Positions 36,124 through 49,305 of a stretch of DNA of 64,000 nt are shown one piece after another. Origin of the DNA: Tricharina praecox (lineage: Eukaryota); contig NW_026250403.1 of the NCBI RefSeq assembly GCF_024521635.1, positions 434,001 through 498,000 on the forward strand, read 5' to 3'. How positions within the stretch are numbered: the first letter of the stretch is position 1; each line of letters starts with the position of its first letter. The notes beneath the pieces are model-generated. The model saw only the letters and a list, made by a program, of their open reading frames with translations, was not told the DNA's origin and did not search any database. The position numbers and the translations under genes were made by a program.

Positions 36124-38756
36124 CTCTCAATTTCTCGCGCTGGCTGTGCTGTCTATGGGAAAAAAAGGTTCGAAAGGGGTGAGAAGTTTATATTGCGAGT
36201 GGTGTGGGAGAGAGTAGACGGAGGGAGGCGGCGGTTGCGGATCAGTGAGATGGTGGAGGAGAATGAGGAGGAGGAGGGTGAGAAGGAGGAGGAGGTAGTG
36301 GTGGTGTTGTTGGTGGGGAGAGAGGTGGATTTTGGCCAAATAAGTAGCGCGGCGACTTGTCGACAGCGGGAACCTTCAACAGGGAGACTGCGGAAGGTGG
36401 TGGAGGAGGGTCCGACGACAAAGGGACTGAGACCAGACAAGACCACAGACGCAGCAGTAGCAGCAGCAGCGGCGGCGGAGGCGGCCAGTTAGCCACAGAA
36501 ATGGTTGGTTGGTCGAAGAGCTGAACAGGCCAGATTCTTGAAACGCTGCACCGACCCGACGCAACGGATTGGAGGGGGATGTATGTATATATATGAGGCT
36601 AGAGTGGGTAGAAAGCAAAGATGACGACGAGACGAAATGTCTCGAGAGAAGCAGTCTAAACCGCGCACGTGTGTACGTAGAGGTGAAAGTGCCGGCGGAT
36701 TGCCTTGTATGAGGTCCGGAACGTGTGATATATTGGGACGCGCGAGTGTCGTGTGAGCGGGCTCGACAGAGGAGTGAGGAGGGGGTAGGAGGGGATATGA
36801 GGAGGAGGATGACGGGGGAGGAGCAGGAGGAGCAAGAGGAGCAGGAGGAGGGAGGAGGAGGAGGGAGGGGGGGAGGAGGATGGGGAGGGAGGAGGGAGGG
36901 GGTTATAATGAGGGCCGATTGACTGACGGAGGCGTGACGGGGACGGGAAGGCCGGTCACTCTTGGGGGGATTAGGAGGAGGGGGAAGGGGAGGCCCTGAG
37001 TGCCAGCGGGGAGAAGGCGAAGAGGTTCATGTTGATAGTGAACTCTCTTTATCGGCGGTCTCACTGCCCGACCCTTTTCCAGTGGCACATGTACATGTAC
37101 TATGCATACCTCTCGGCCTTCTCGGACTCTGTACCCTCTTCTCCGTCTCTCTATCACTCCTCCTCCTCCTCCTCCTCCTTCTCCTCCTTCTCCTCCTCCT
37201 CCTCCTCCTCCTCCTCGTCCTCCTCGATGAGTCGATGTCTTGCACCGTGCTCCGATGATTGAGGCTCGGAAGCATGTCGTCAGAGTAAAGTCCACCCATG
37301 ATCCAGACCTCCTCTGTATAGAGAGAGAGCATTATTGTTCCGCTGCCCGTCCGTCCCGTCCGTCCACATTGAATTGCTTTTGCACCATCCCCACATCGCG
37401 ACAAACATCCTTCCCGATGCTGCGGAATTCCTGGGAAAAGTAATGAGAAAAAAAAGGGTCCACACCGATCAGCACGGTGAGCATGTGGGTAAGTACGAGT
37501 ACATACTTGGTTACTGTACTGTACATCAAACACACACTCGGGCCTTGCCGTGTATGTACGAGAGTATGTACATACCAGGAAGTATGTGGCCTGTGGATAT
37601 GATGAGTGAAGAGCTATCATACTCTAGGTAGGTAATCAGGTGGGATGTAGGTAAGATGATCAGTGTTGCTGTGAGATACATACAGCATGTACTCTCGTAA
37701 CCTACTAGATACATAGGCTGTGTCGTCGTCGGCTCAGCTCGCCCCCAGCTCCATCTTGTATCGATTGGGGATAGAGCCGCGTGAGAACAGCCGCGCTCGC
37801 AGCTATCGATGTGACATGACATGGCATGGCGTGGAGACCGTTCCGCCGTTTGTTGTCGGTCGGTCTGGTCTGGTCTGGTTCCCGAGTCCCGTCTGGTTTC
37901 CCTGGCAGAGCTGAAGGGTACTTGCTTGGTTATGCGTGCAGTGGGTATGCACTGTAGGGGATCCTTTGTCTTTCTCCGTCGCAGTGCTCAGCGCTGTTCA
38001 ACGCTGCTCTTCGGTTCCGCAAACATCCCACGAGCGACCATATATGTTTCGTTTGACGAGCTTGTTTGTTTGTTTGTCTGACCCGAGCCCGCCCTATTCA
38101 CTCTTGTCGTCACGAACGGAATCCGCCAAGCAACGAACGAGTCAATCGAGCAATAATCTCAACGGTGCACAGTGCATACGGTTCCTCACCCCGTGACCAT
38201 CGCTTCAGTCATTCCTCATCCGCTTCCCCTCTCCTCCCCTCCCGTCCCTCTCCCCCGCTCGCATCTCACGGATACAGCGCTTGCTACGGCTTGAATGCGG
38301 ACCACAGACGTACCGTAGCAAGACGTACCGTAGAGTACTTACACTTACGTACACGCAGAATTGCTGTCGACCCGACGGGACATCTGCACGGCACGGGATT
38401 CCGGTACACAGCTGCTCCGTCCCTGTGCTACGCCTCACTGAACACTCTCCATGGAGATGCTGGTGGTGGCGTTGATGTTGACGTTGACGACATCGTCGTC
38501 AGTTAACCATTGTTGCTGTCGTCGTCCGTCGCCGGAGCTGTGGACGAATGATGCGTGCCGTCAGATATGGTTTATGCGGGTTGCGTGCAGGGATGCGGAT
38601 GGAGATCTGGAAGGAAGACCAAAAGAAAGAAGTTGATCTCAGGCGGACCGGAAGTCGAGTTGGGCCCTTCGTATTATTGGACAGAGTCGCGTTCCGGCCC
38701 TTTGGATTGGACGAACCCGCCCACACGCCGGAACTCTCTCACCTGCTGTCTCGCTC

Positions 38757-38787
<31 letters not shown>

Positions 38788-39257
38788 CCCTCCCTCCCCC
38801 TCCCTCCCTCACTCTCACTCTCACTCTCCCACCTCCCCCCGCCTCCACCCCTCAGCTCTCGCATGTGCTACATAACGTTCTCGTACTCGTAGATGCTCCT
38901 CTTCCTCGCACCGCACCGCCCTGTGGCTGCAATTGCAACTGACCAACTGACGATGATGCCTCCATAGTAAATTGCATCCTCCCCTGCCTTGCCCTGCTCT
39001 ACTATACTTTACCCTATAGCTTAGCAAGTACTCTACTCTACCGAAGCCTGAAATACTATACCTATAACCGGTCAATCGATCACTTCGGAATCGCCATCTG
39101 TTCTCTTCCCCCCCTCTGCACAGCTGCTGCTGCTGCTGGTTCTGCTGCCCCGCTGCCACTTCCCCTCCACCTCCACCTCAGCTTCAACCAATCAATCAGC
39201 CAGTGAACCCATCGAAATAGGGTCGCCCTCCACCCCCCCCTCCGGCCATAGCCAACC

Positions 39258-41827
39258 ATGTCCGCCGCAACAGCCGGATCTCAGTCGACCAGCGCATTCT
39301 CGTACCAAGGTTCGTTCCGTACCAGTCATTCCACCTCGTGGCCCGCGGGCGCAGTACGTTTGGTGTCGTGCATCGTTTGGGTCGGCTAGCTAACTCCAAT
39401 TTTTCCCTTGCGTTGTTGTATCGATGTGCAGGTTCCTTCTCAAGCACGCACTGCGGTTACTGCGAAACGGATCCCAAGGAAAATCCTCCATTACGTGAAT
39501 CAAACCCCTCCCTACTCCCCTACTCCCTCCGATCCCCCGCTCCTTTACCCTTATGCCTCCGCCCCTGCATTGCCTGCTTTTTTCTCTTTGGCTTCTCTAG
39601 AGTCTGTCTCGCCCTACTTTGGTTCTGTACCAGATACCCTACCCACTACCCACTACCAAACCACTTCTACCCCACTGCACATGCATGACGTCGGAAGGAA
39701 AGAAAAGGAAAAATGAAAGTTTTTTTTACATACACAATTGCGGATTCCGACAGCCAAACAAACACGTCCACTCGCATTTCTGGGGGAATGAACGATCGCA
39801 GTGGCTGATGCGCAGGTGAATGGTTCCGGAAGAGTAGGCTCGTCGTTCTACCTGCGCACAAAGGTCTTGACAGTAAGGCATTATCAATGTCTCGTCGACC
39901 GTGGATGGAGACGGTGGGTTGCTCTCCGGTTCCCCGCATCCGGTCGGACAGCTGCCTAGCAAGCTCTTTCAGCCAGCCGCGCCAGCACCAGGTCACTATT
40001 ACGATAGGTATATCGTATGTGCCGGGTGATATTCGGTGATGCCGGCGCTGCGTTTGGTCCGTCCGGATGCTCAAAGTACCGTTTCGTCCAGTCGTTGCTG
40101 ACACGCCCTCCGTTCGTTCGCCGTTGCAGGAGTGGAACTACATTGTACAAACCTCACATAACCCTTTCATGTTGCAAGCACTATACCATACGGTGAGTGA
40201 TAACTGCCATGCCACTCCCCTTCTGCTAGTACATTATACTACGTACCGCTGCCCATGCTGCCCATCGCTGCGAATGGGCTGGCTGGCGGACGGGGGGACG
40301 GTAGTGGGGTGTAGTTTATGGGGGGTTCAGTGGTGATGGACGGATGGATGTGGTAGCTTCCGAGAGAGCTGATGATATATCGATATGATTCCTTGCCTCG
40401 AAAAGTCTTCACGCCGACACCTTCAAGGCATCCAGGGACCAGCGGCAGTGTCTGCACAAATGGACTCGCAACGTGCTTGGCGAGGATTATATCCGGGAAG
40501 CTGCAAAGAAATATCCCAAGTCCAAAGAGTAAGTTGGTCCATGTCTGTCGATACATCCATACCCACCTGTGCATCATGCACGTTCGCAGTTATACATACA
40601 CCGGCTTGTGCCGTTCAATATATTGGTTGGTCCGGGTCGCCTGGTCGCTGGGAGGGGGAGAATGCCGGCAATTTTTCGGTCGGACGCCGGGAACTCAATC
40701 AATCGATCATCGGTCCACTCTATATGGTGGGGGGAGGAGGGGTGGCCGCGGAGGTCCTGTTGGAGTGAGTGCTGTATGTAGTGGGGCAATTTGCTGACGA
40801 CAGTGTCTCTCGTGTCCATCGCAGAGAGAAAAAGAAACAGAACAACAGTTTCAACCTGGCGGAGAGTGTTCACGCACCGGAATACTCTACCATTGAATCA
40901 TCCATCCCGCCCGAGCCGGCGCACAAGTTCGAGGTCACTCTTGAGCCCGCATCTTTCTCTGACGAAAAGTAACCTCCGCCCTCCTCCTGCGAATCGGCGA
41001 TTCCATCGACTGACGATGTTTGGTGAGCAGATACGAGGTCTATGAGAACTACCAGCGCAATGTCCACAAGGAGGAACCGCACGAGATCAGCGCCGCAGGC
41101 TTCAAGAGGTTTCTGTGCGAATCACCACTGCCCACGACGACCACGGAATCGGGCAAGCGGTTTGGCTCGTACCACATGTGCTATCGCCTCGACGGACGGC
41201 TGATCGCGATGGGCGTGCTCGACTTGCTCCCCGACGTCGTCAGTGGCGTTTACTTCATCTACCACAATGACTTTGAGAGCTGGCACTTGGGCAAGGTCAG
41301 TGCCTGCCACGAAGCATGTCTGGCGAAGGAGGGAGGATACGGGTGCTACTACATGGGTAACAGTTCCTTCTTGAAACACCTCGACTGTGCATCACTAACG
41401 AAGAGAAGGATACTACATCCCCTCCTGCCAGAAGATGCGCTACAAAGCCACCTACGGTCCCTCGGAGCTGCTGGACCCCTCCACAAACGTCTGGGTCCCG
41501 CTCACGGCAGACCTAAAGTCCTCGCTCGAAGCCGACAGCACCTGGAGCAATCGCTTCTCGGGCCCCCCTCCCGATCTCGATATCGATCCTAGCAACGCAG
41601 GCGCGGGCTTCTCCATCGACTCGCAGATGCCGGGTATAATGTCGCAGGAGGAATTGGACGAGTTCGATCTCGGCGCCGTCAAGGTGGCTGCGAGAACCTT
41701 TCAGACGACGGCCGATAACTTGCAGGGGTTCGAGGATACCGAGGGGATTCTGTATAGGGTCGTTAGGGAGACGGTGGCAACGGTCGGGCCGGAGGTGGCG
41801 AGGGAGATGGTGTTGAGATTGGGGTGA
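39258..41827 (+). CDS. ATE1: Arginyl-tRNA--protein transferase (N-degron pathway)
   Basis: [23 protein letters not shown]...[60 protein letters not shown]; 7 introns, four of them about 210-345 nt. Confidence 0.93.
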
Positions 41828-42784
41828 ACGGAGGGGGTGTGTGGTGTTGCTGTACCTATGTGTGGTAGATGTTTGGAATTCGAACGGAGGCCCATCTCCT
41901 CTCTCTCTCTCTGGATATACTCGCGGAGGCGGTCCTAGTATGTATAGAGTATCTAGGTGCGATGAGGTGAAGAAAAAAAAACTCTATTGGGAGGACATGA
42001 TGCAGGTTGGCATGGCTACTGCGGCAGTCTTCATAAAATCCGTATGTACCTATGGAGGTATTCGGTTTTGTTTCTTCATTTATTAAATCATGGCGATCTG
42101 CGCTTTCCTCGCCAGACTGCAGTGTCTGTATATAAATGAAGAGAGAGAGAGAGAGTTTCCAGACTATGGTGAGTCTGTATATGGAGTACTTGGCTTCATA
42201 ATCAATCCGACCAGCGTGGAGCACGAGTGATGCTCCCACCCGGTTCTTGGGTAGCCAAAAGCCTCCTGGAACTCCGGGACTTGAGGAGTCCTGGTTCCCG
42301 AAAACATCTGTCAGCTGCCTACGGGTCCGAACCGGCGCCGACTTCACAGTCTACAGCGGTTTCGGTGCGGCTCGGGTGCGGATAATGACTGTTCGCATGG
42401 TTTTTTCTTTTGTAAAAGTGGCTGGTAGGCAGCAGCGGCGCAGCAACGGGCCGTGGTGGTATGTATAGTCGAGCTTTCTCTCGACCCCGCGGAGCTGGCT
42501 GGAAATGAAAGGTTAGTTAAGGCCGCATGCGACAAATTGATGTTCTCTCTTCTCTGGCCCTCTGGGAGCTCCGAGCCTCCGGCCTGCGGCAGCCACCGAA
42601 AATACGTATTGTAGAGTAGAGTACAAGCTCATCCCTCCAGTCTTGGCACACGTCGGACCCCTTCCTTCCTCCACATCAGCCTGATGGGAATAAAAAAAGT
42701 GAATTTGTTCTGTTCCTGCAGCAGCATCGTTGATTCCGACGTAACACGCGACAGACACATTTCGAGAACTGCATTGCAACGACG

Positions 42785-44135
42785 ATGGCGAAAACGGTCA
42801 AGAACAAACATCCGCCCTTCTGGTTCGGTGGCAGTGCCAGCTGTATGGCGGCGGTCTGTACGCACCCTCTGTAAGTGAAAGCAACATGTGGCCAACTTGT
42901 AGTAGTAGAGGCCGTGGAACGCTGACATATGTATGATACATGTGATAGGGACCTGTTGAAGGTCCGCCTGCAGACGGCTGGGATGCAGAACTTGGGATTG
43001 GCGAGGACGGCGGTGAACATCGTTAGACACGAAGGTATGATGTGAAGAGCTCCGAGGTCGCAGTTCGGATGGCTAACTCATCGTGGTGGGGACGACCAGG
43101 TGTTTTGGCGATATATAGTGGGGTAAGTCCTATGATGCGATTCTGGTGGAAGCGATTGGTACTAACGGTCGGTCCGCAGCTGTCTGCTAGTTTGTTGCGA
43201 CAAGGTAGGGTGACTCGGAATGGTCGTATGTGAATCTGGAGCATGTAGGAACGAGAACTGATTGATACCACGTTGGTTGGTTAGCGACATATTCAACCAC
43301 CAGGTTCGGTGCGTACGATGCGATGAAGGCCTATGTTACAGTGCCGGGAGGAGAGCCGGCAGGTTTCGGAATGTTGCTGTTCATGTCATTCGGGGCTGGT
43401 TGGTAAGTTCGTCGCGGATGTCCTGAGCCTGAAATTGGCTAACGATGTGATTGCATAGGATGGGCGGACTGGCTGGAAATCCGGCGGGTATGTCATTGAA
43501 TATTCCACTCGGGTCTCAGTTTGTCTGACTGACATCGAACCCCAGATATCATAAATGTGCGTATGCAGCAGGACCTCGCGAATCCGCCGGAGAAGCGTCG
43601 CAACTATAAGCATGCAATCGACGGCCTGGTGCGGATGACTCGTGACGAGGGTCCGCGGGCGCTGTTCCGCGGTGTGTGGCCGAACACTCTCCGTGCAGGA
43701 CTCATGACTTCCTCGCAACTGGCCACCTATGACATCGCCAAGATGCAGTTGTTGAAGCTGTCGTACTTCTCGGACGGCATTGCAACGCACTTCACCGCGA
43801 GCTTGGTCAGCGGCCTCATCGCAACCACCATCTGCAGCCCTGTGGATGTGATCAAAACCAGGGTCATGTCTAGCCATGATTCCCAGGGGCTCATGCATCT
43901 GCTTGCAGACATCACGAATAAGGAGGGGTTGCGCTGGGCATTCAGAGGATGGGTGCCCAGCTTCATGAGATTGGGGTGAGCAACCGGATCGATGTGATAC
44001 GAAGCTTAGATAGGGGACAGGAAGCTAACAGACAGAAACAGGCCGCAGACGATCCTCACCTTCATTGCGCTGGAACAGCACAAAAAAGTTTGGCATTGGT
44101 TGAACGATGAGTCGTCTAGTCGGGTGACAATGTGA
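42785..44135 (+). CDS. DIC1: Mitochondrial dicarboxylate carrier
   Basis: PFWFGGSASCMAAVCTHPLDLLKVRLQ, SASLLRQATYSTTRFG, GNPADIINVRMQQD, RRNYKHAIDGL, CSPVDVIKTRVM; 8 introns with several very short exons. Confidence 0.92.
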
Positions 44136-44584
44136 TAGATAATGATTGATGATGCCCATATTCATAGAGCCGGCCTTTGGGATTGCGTTCAGGTCTTTGC
44201 ATTCCTGTTTTCTTTCTTGCTTTCTCTGCATAGCGGCCGAAAGATACCCAGGTGTCGTGGCGTTTTATCTTTTGTTTCTTTGTTTCTTTATCTCTTTCCA
44301 CACAAATGATAGATGGCCTTTAAACGGTTGATTCTCTGGGTTGCGATGCCGAACGGGTTCGCTAGGAGAGATAGATACCGCCTAATCATGACATGCTGCA
44401 CGACGCCATGCACGCGCCGATGCAAGGGCCCTATAGCAATAACTAAAGCCGGCCCGAATTTGCCTGTGCTGTGGGTAGGAGTCATTGCCATTGATATCTG
44501 AATACTCCGCCATCCATTCCTCCTCCTCCTCTCGCTTCCGTCCAGCTCCAATCATTCAGTCATCCCAAGTTGCGTTGTTTCAAA

Positions 44585-46494
44585 ATGGTCACCCAGGTTC
44601 GTCGAGCGATCTGCACGTTTCTCAACCCCACCACCACCCTGCTTCCCCACCATCCCAACTGTAACCCCGCTAACACTATCCGACAATGAAGATAAAAGTC
44701 TCGCCCGACCTCCCCACAGTCTCGGAGGTCATTTCGAAAGCACGAGCGGAGGATGCTGCCACGGCTCCAAACATTGTTCCGCTCGTCGCCTCGTTCCCCG
44801 CGGAATTTCTGAACCCGTCGAGCGCCTACCTGAAGCTCTCGGCCACGTGAGTCACATGCCCCACGGAGGGGAGGGAAGGGAAGGGATGTCGCGATTGACA
44901 GAGGGTGGATGTGATAGGAGCAAGACGAAGAACTCGTTCCTGTTCGAGAGCGCGTCGAGTAGGGAGACTATCGGACGATACAGTTTCCTCGGATGTGGTG
45001 CGTGCGGCTCGAATACCTACCCGGTCGGTGGTGGTGTCCCATTGAGTTCAGACCCATTGACGATTTTCCAGACCCGCGAAAAATCATCAAGACCGGTACT
45101 GGCCATGGCGAGGAAGTCGACCCCCTCACCGTGTTGCAGAAGGAACTCGCCAACTACCGACTGGCCAAATTCGCGGGTCCAAGTCTTCCGCCCATGACCG
45201 GTGGCGCTTTGGGCTACGTCGCCTACGACTGCGTCAAGTACTTCGAGCCGCGGACGAAGCGCGAGCTGAAGGACCCGCTGCAGATTCCCGAGTCGCTGTT
45301 TATGATCTGCGACACGATCGTGGCCTTCGATCACTTTTTCCAGACCATCAAGGTGATCACGCATATGCACATACGTGAAGAGGAGGATGCGACCGTGGAG
45401 ACGCTGCGAGCGGATTACGAGAAGGCCGAGACGGACATCGCCGAGATCATAAAGATCCTACAGTCGCCCGAGATTCCGCTACCGCACCAGCCACCAATCG
45501 TGAAAGGGCAGGAATATGTGTCGAACATTGGCCGTGAGGGATACGAGCGCCATGTCAACCGTCTGAAGGAGCACATCACCAAAGGAGACATCATCCAGGC
45601 GGTGCCCTCGCAGCGCTTCTCGAGGCCAACGAGCCTCCATCCGTTCAACATCTACCGCCACCTGAGAACCGTCAACCCCTCGCCGTACTTGTTCTACATC
45701 GACTGCGCAGACTTCCAGCTGGTGGGTGCCTCGCCCGAGCTCCTCGTCAAGGCCGAGAACGGCCGCATCATCACTCATCCGATTGCCGGGACCGTCAAGC
45801 GTGGCAAGACCAGCGAGGAGGACGATGCACTCGCGCAGGAGCTGCGGTCCTCGCTCAAGGACCGCGCCGAACACGTCATGCTCGTCGACCTGGCGCGCAA
45901 CGACATCAACCGTGTGTGCGACCCGCTCACGACCACCGTCGACAGACTCATGATCGTTGAGCGCTTTTCGCACGTTATGCATCTCGTCTCGCAGGTCTCG
46001 GGTGAGCTCCGGGAGGGAATGACTCGCTTCGATGCGTTCAGGAGCATCTTCCCGGCCGGAACCGTGAGCGGCGCCCCAAAGGTCAAGGCAATGGAGTTGA
46101 TTGCAGAGCTGGAGGGCGAGCGCCGGGGCGTCTATGCTGGCGCGGTCGGTTACTGGGGCTACGAGAGCGATAGCATGGACACTTGCATCGCGCTGCGCAC
46201 CATGACCGTCAAGGATGGAGTTGCGTATCTGCAAGCTGGCGAGTTCCACCCAACCCGAGTAACTACCCATATCCCCATTAACTAACATCAACAGGTGGTG
46301 GTATCGTCTTCGACTCGGATCCTTACGACGAGTGGATGGAGACCATGAACAAGCTGGCGGCAAATATCCACTGCATTGTCAGTGCCGAGGAGCGGTTTGG
46401 CGGCAGCGAAGCCAATGCCCAGGACCTCGCCATGGTGGGAGAGGAGCCGCAGCGCAACCTCAGCGCTGCCGTGCATCTGGGTGATGGGTCGTAG
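44585..46494 (+). CDS. TRP2: Anthranilate synthase component I
   Basis: SFLFES...[82 protein letters not shown]; last intron is GC-AG (46239-46294). Confidence 0.96.
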
Positions 46495-46511
46495 AAATCA
46501 TGGAGAGCATC

Positions 46512-46512
<1 letters not shown>

Positions 46513-46542
<30 letters not shown>
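46513..46542 (+). repeat. (TG)n microsatellite
   Basis: About 15 TG units just after the TRP2 stop. Confidence 0.9.
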
Positions 46543-46544
<2 letters not shown>

Positions 46545-46824
46545 GTGTGATGCACTCTATCTACTCGTAGCCATAGGAAATCGTAAATGAACATGGCTGA
46601 GCGGCAGTTACTTGTGTTTTTGTCTTTGTTCTCGCCTGATGCTCGTGAAGAGATTTAGTACATTGAACGCCTCCCCCCTCCCTTCCTCCCTTTTTCCCAT
46701 CCCCATCCCCCCATCCTCCCTTCCTCCTTCCTCCTCCTTCCTCCCCTCCCTCCTTCTCCTCCTCTAAACCACGTAATATCATACACCCCCCTTCCCCCCC
46801 AAATCCCCCCAGCCCATCGCGGGT

Positions 46825-47085
46825 TTACGCCTCAACAATGAACCCACTCGGCGGCTGGCGCCTTACATGAATCTCCGCCTTGGTCTCAGCGAAGGGACAC
46901 TCGGAGACGGCCAGGAGCTCCTTGACTTTCATGATCTTTCCGGCGACCTCCTGCGACACGGGGTGGTAGACGATCGACATGCGCTTGCGCAAGCCGAGTG
47001 AGGCCAACACGCCGTTCTGCCGCTTCGTCATGCCGATGCCTGAGCGGAGCAAGATTATTTTGAAGTACATGGTTGGTTGCGACAT
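46825..47085 (-). CDS. MRPL33: Mitochondrial large-subunit ribosomal protein uL30m
   Basis: YFKIILLRSGIG...LASLGLRKRMSIVYHPVSQEVAGKIMKVKELLAVSE...RRQPPSGF. Confidence 0.88.
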   Translation of the reverse strand: MSQPTMYFKIILLRSGIGMTKRQNGVLASLGLRKRMSIVYHPVSQEVAGKIMKVKELLAVSECPFAETKAEIHVRRQPPSGFIVEA

Positions 47086-48138
47086 GGTTTGGTTGGTTTG
47101 GTTTGGCGCCGAGGGCGGGGGCCGAGGGCAGAGGCGATGAGAGGCGGGAGGTGGAGGAGGGGCGGGGAAGGGGCGTGGTGGTCGTGTTGCTTTCGCTGCC
47201 GAGAGTGAAGTCGACGGGAGTGTGTGCACTGTGGATCGGTTCAATGGTGGTTCAATGGTGGTTTCGTTGGTTGGCTGGGTTAACTAGGGCTGAGATTGAG
47301 GCTCTGCGGCGGGGTGGTCGGTGGTCACTGGTCGGTGGTTTCGTCTTCCTCTGACCTCTGGAGTAAAACTAGTGGGATACTTCCCAGCTAACGGCTCGAG
47401 CTAGCTTTTAGATCTTATCTAATCGCTCGGGGAAGCAGCCTCCGCAAACACAATACCCTGCCCAGTGCCGGGCACTCCTGTTCGGCCCTGCCGGAGCTCC
47501 CATATAGATGCACTGTAGGAACTCTACATGTATCGAGTCTCCAACCCGTGAGGCAAATACTTAAAGAGGAATTGGTGGCATGAGTTGTGGAAACGAAGAA
47601 TCGTTGGATAACTGTAATTCTATACGCCAATCAGATTGTTCACGTCTCTAGTCACTACCTATGATACCCCCGTTGACTTTTGACATCAGACTAATAAATA
47701 GGATCCGGCTGCACAAAACTTGGATTAAAGAAGCTGCAAAAAGTAGAAGTCCCGGCGTAGAAGAGCTTTTCTGTATTGTTACAGGCACTTCTGCAGACTG
47801 CGAGATAGAAGAGATGCAGGGCCCCTCCCACAGCTCACATGAAGGATGGTAATAGCGTTAACTTTGAGTACCCTTTGTCGGCAATGTGTTCTGAAGGTCA
47901 ATTGCGCCGAATTTGTAAATCTCCTGCTTTCTACCCTAGAGTAAATGATTTCTTTGATATTCCAAGTACAGGACGCCCATTTCGAACACTGTTGTATTTT
48001 CCCTATCATAATATATCACTCACCTAGCTTACCCGGCATGTCCTGCTATCGAAAAGTCGGGCAGTCCCAAGAATCCACATCCGACCACACCCCCGAATTC
48101 GACATCAATTCCACCCGGGCGTGCGCCCCAGCTCAACC

Positions 48139-49305
48139 ATGTCGACCAAAACGCTATCACCAGCTGCACACCTCCTCCGGAACTCCCGGTTGATGGCTAT
48201 GCCGGCACCGGTGCCTCCCCCACCGTCCCTCAGCATCACTACCCCGCCACCGGCGCCGTATCCCACGCTCCAAGCCATCACGACCCCGCGGTCCTCAGCC
48301 TTCCGCGGCGACTGGGGTCTCAAGCGTGGCCTCCCGCTCTCGACATCGGCAAAGTCGATCTACATGCGCTACGGAGCTCTCGACACGATTGAGCACATGA
48401 CGACGTTCGAGTCGGCGCACGACGATGTGTACACGCTCCGGAAATGGCAGGAGCTCGACGTTGCGCTGTACCCTCCCGTCTCCGAGCACGACTACGATAT
48501 GGACTCCCGCACCTTTGATCCCAGGAATACCGTCTTCGATGAGGTCAAGCCTGAGGCGTATAAGTGGCGGTACGAGGGCCCGTTCGTTAAGGGCATGGCT
48601 CCTAAGGATCTGCGCGAGTATATCAAGAAGGAGATTGTACCGCGAAAGGATGAGTTCTATGACTTTGTCGCCAAGCGACAGAGGGTCGATAAGATCAAGC
48701 GCAAGCACATGATGGCGGGTGAGGTGGTATCGCCGGCGCAGATCGAGAAGGAGGCAGAGGGATTGGAGATTGAGAAGGTGGACATCATGAAGATCCGTGC
48801 CGACCATCCGTACCTCGAGAGACTCGTCATCGACTTCTTAGACATTCCAATCAACAAGCCGCCGTCAACGCATCCTTCAGCCGGATTGCACTACACTCGA
48901 TCCAATGCCTACGCCTACAATGACCCCGAGCTCGGACCGCAACAGGCGAAGAAGGAGGTGCCCGGAAGACGGCTGGGATGGCAGCCTGCGACTGGACAAG
49001 TGGCTGGTATCGCTGGTGTTGTCGCGAAGGTCCAGAGAAATTCGATGCGAACCACACCGAGGAACGAAGACCGATTCCCGGTCCACAAGTACCGACCGGT
49101 CAAGGCGGGTATCGATTCGAAGGGAAAGATCCAACTGGCAGTGGACCAGGTTGTGCCGCCTTCGGAACTCTACGGCTCGACCGGGTTCAGGTTCCTCGCG
49201 AATAGGAGGATAGCGGCGCAGACGGATGCGGCGACTCGGCAGCGGAAGAATGACACGGATGCGATCATGGAGAGGCTGCTGAATCCCTCCATGGCGAGCC
49301 GTTAG
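48139..49305 (+). CDS. MRP51: Mitochondrial small-subunit ribosomal protein bS1m
   Basis: LLRNSRL, PTLQAITTPRSSAFRGDWGLKRGLP, LDTIEHMTTFESA, THPSAGLHY motifs; intronless. Confidence 0.85.
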   Translation: MSTKTLSPAAHLLRNSRLMAMPAPVPPPPSLSITTPPPAPYPTLQAITTPRSSAFRGDWGLKRGLPLSTSAKSIYMRYGALDTIEHMTTFESAHDDVYTLRKWQELDVALYPPVSEHDYDMDSRTFDPRNTVFDEVKPEAYKWRYEGPFVKGMAPKDLREYIKKEIVPRKDEFYDFVAKRQRVDKIKRKHMMAGEVVSPAQIEKEAEGLEIEKVDIMKIRADHPYLERLVIDFLDIPINKPPSTHPSAGLHYTRSNAYAYNDPELGPQQAKKEVPGRRLGWQPATGQVAGIAGVVAKVQRNSMRTTPRNEDRFPVHKYRPVKAGIDSKGKIQLAVDQVVPPSELYGSTGFRFLANRRIAAQTDAATRQRKNDTDAIMERLLNPSMASR

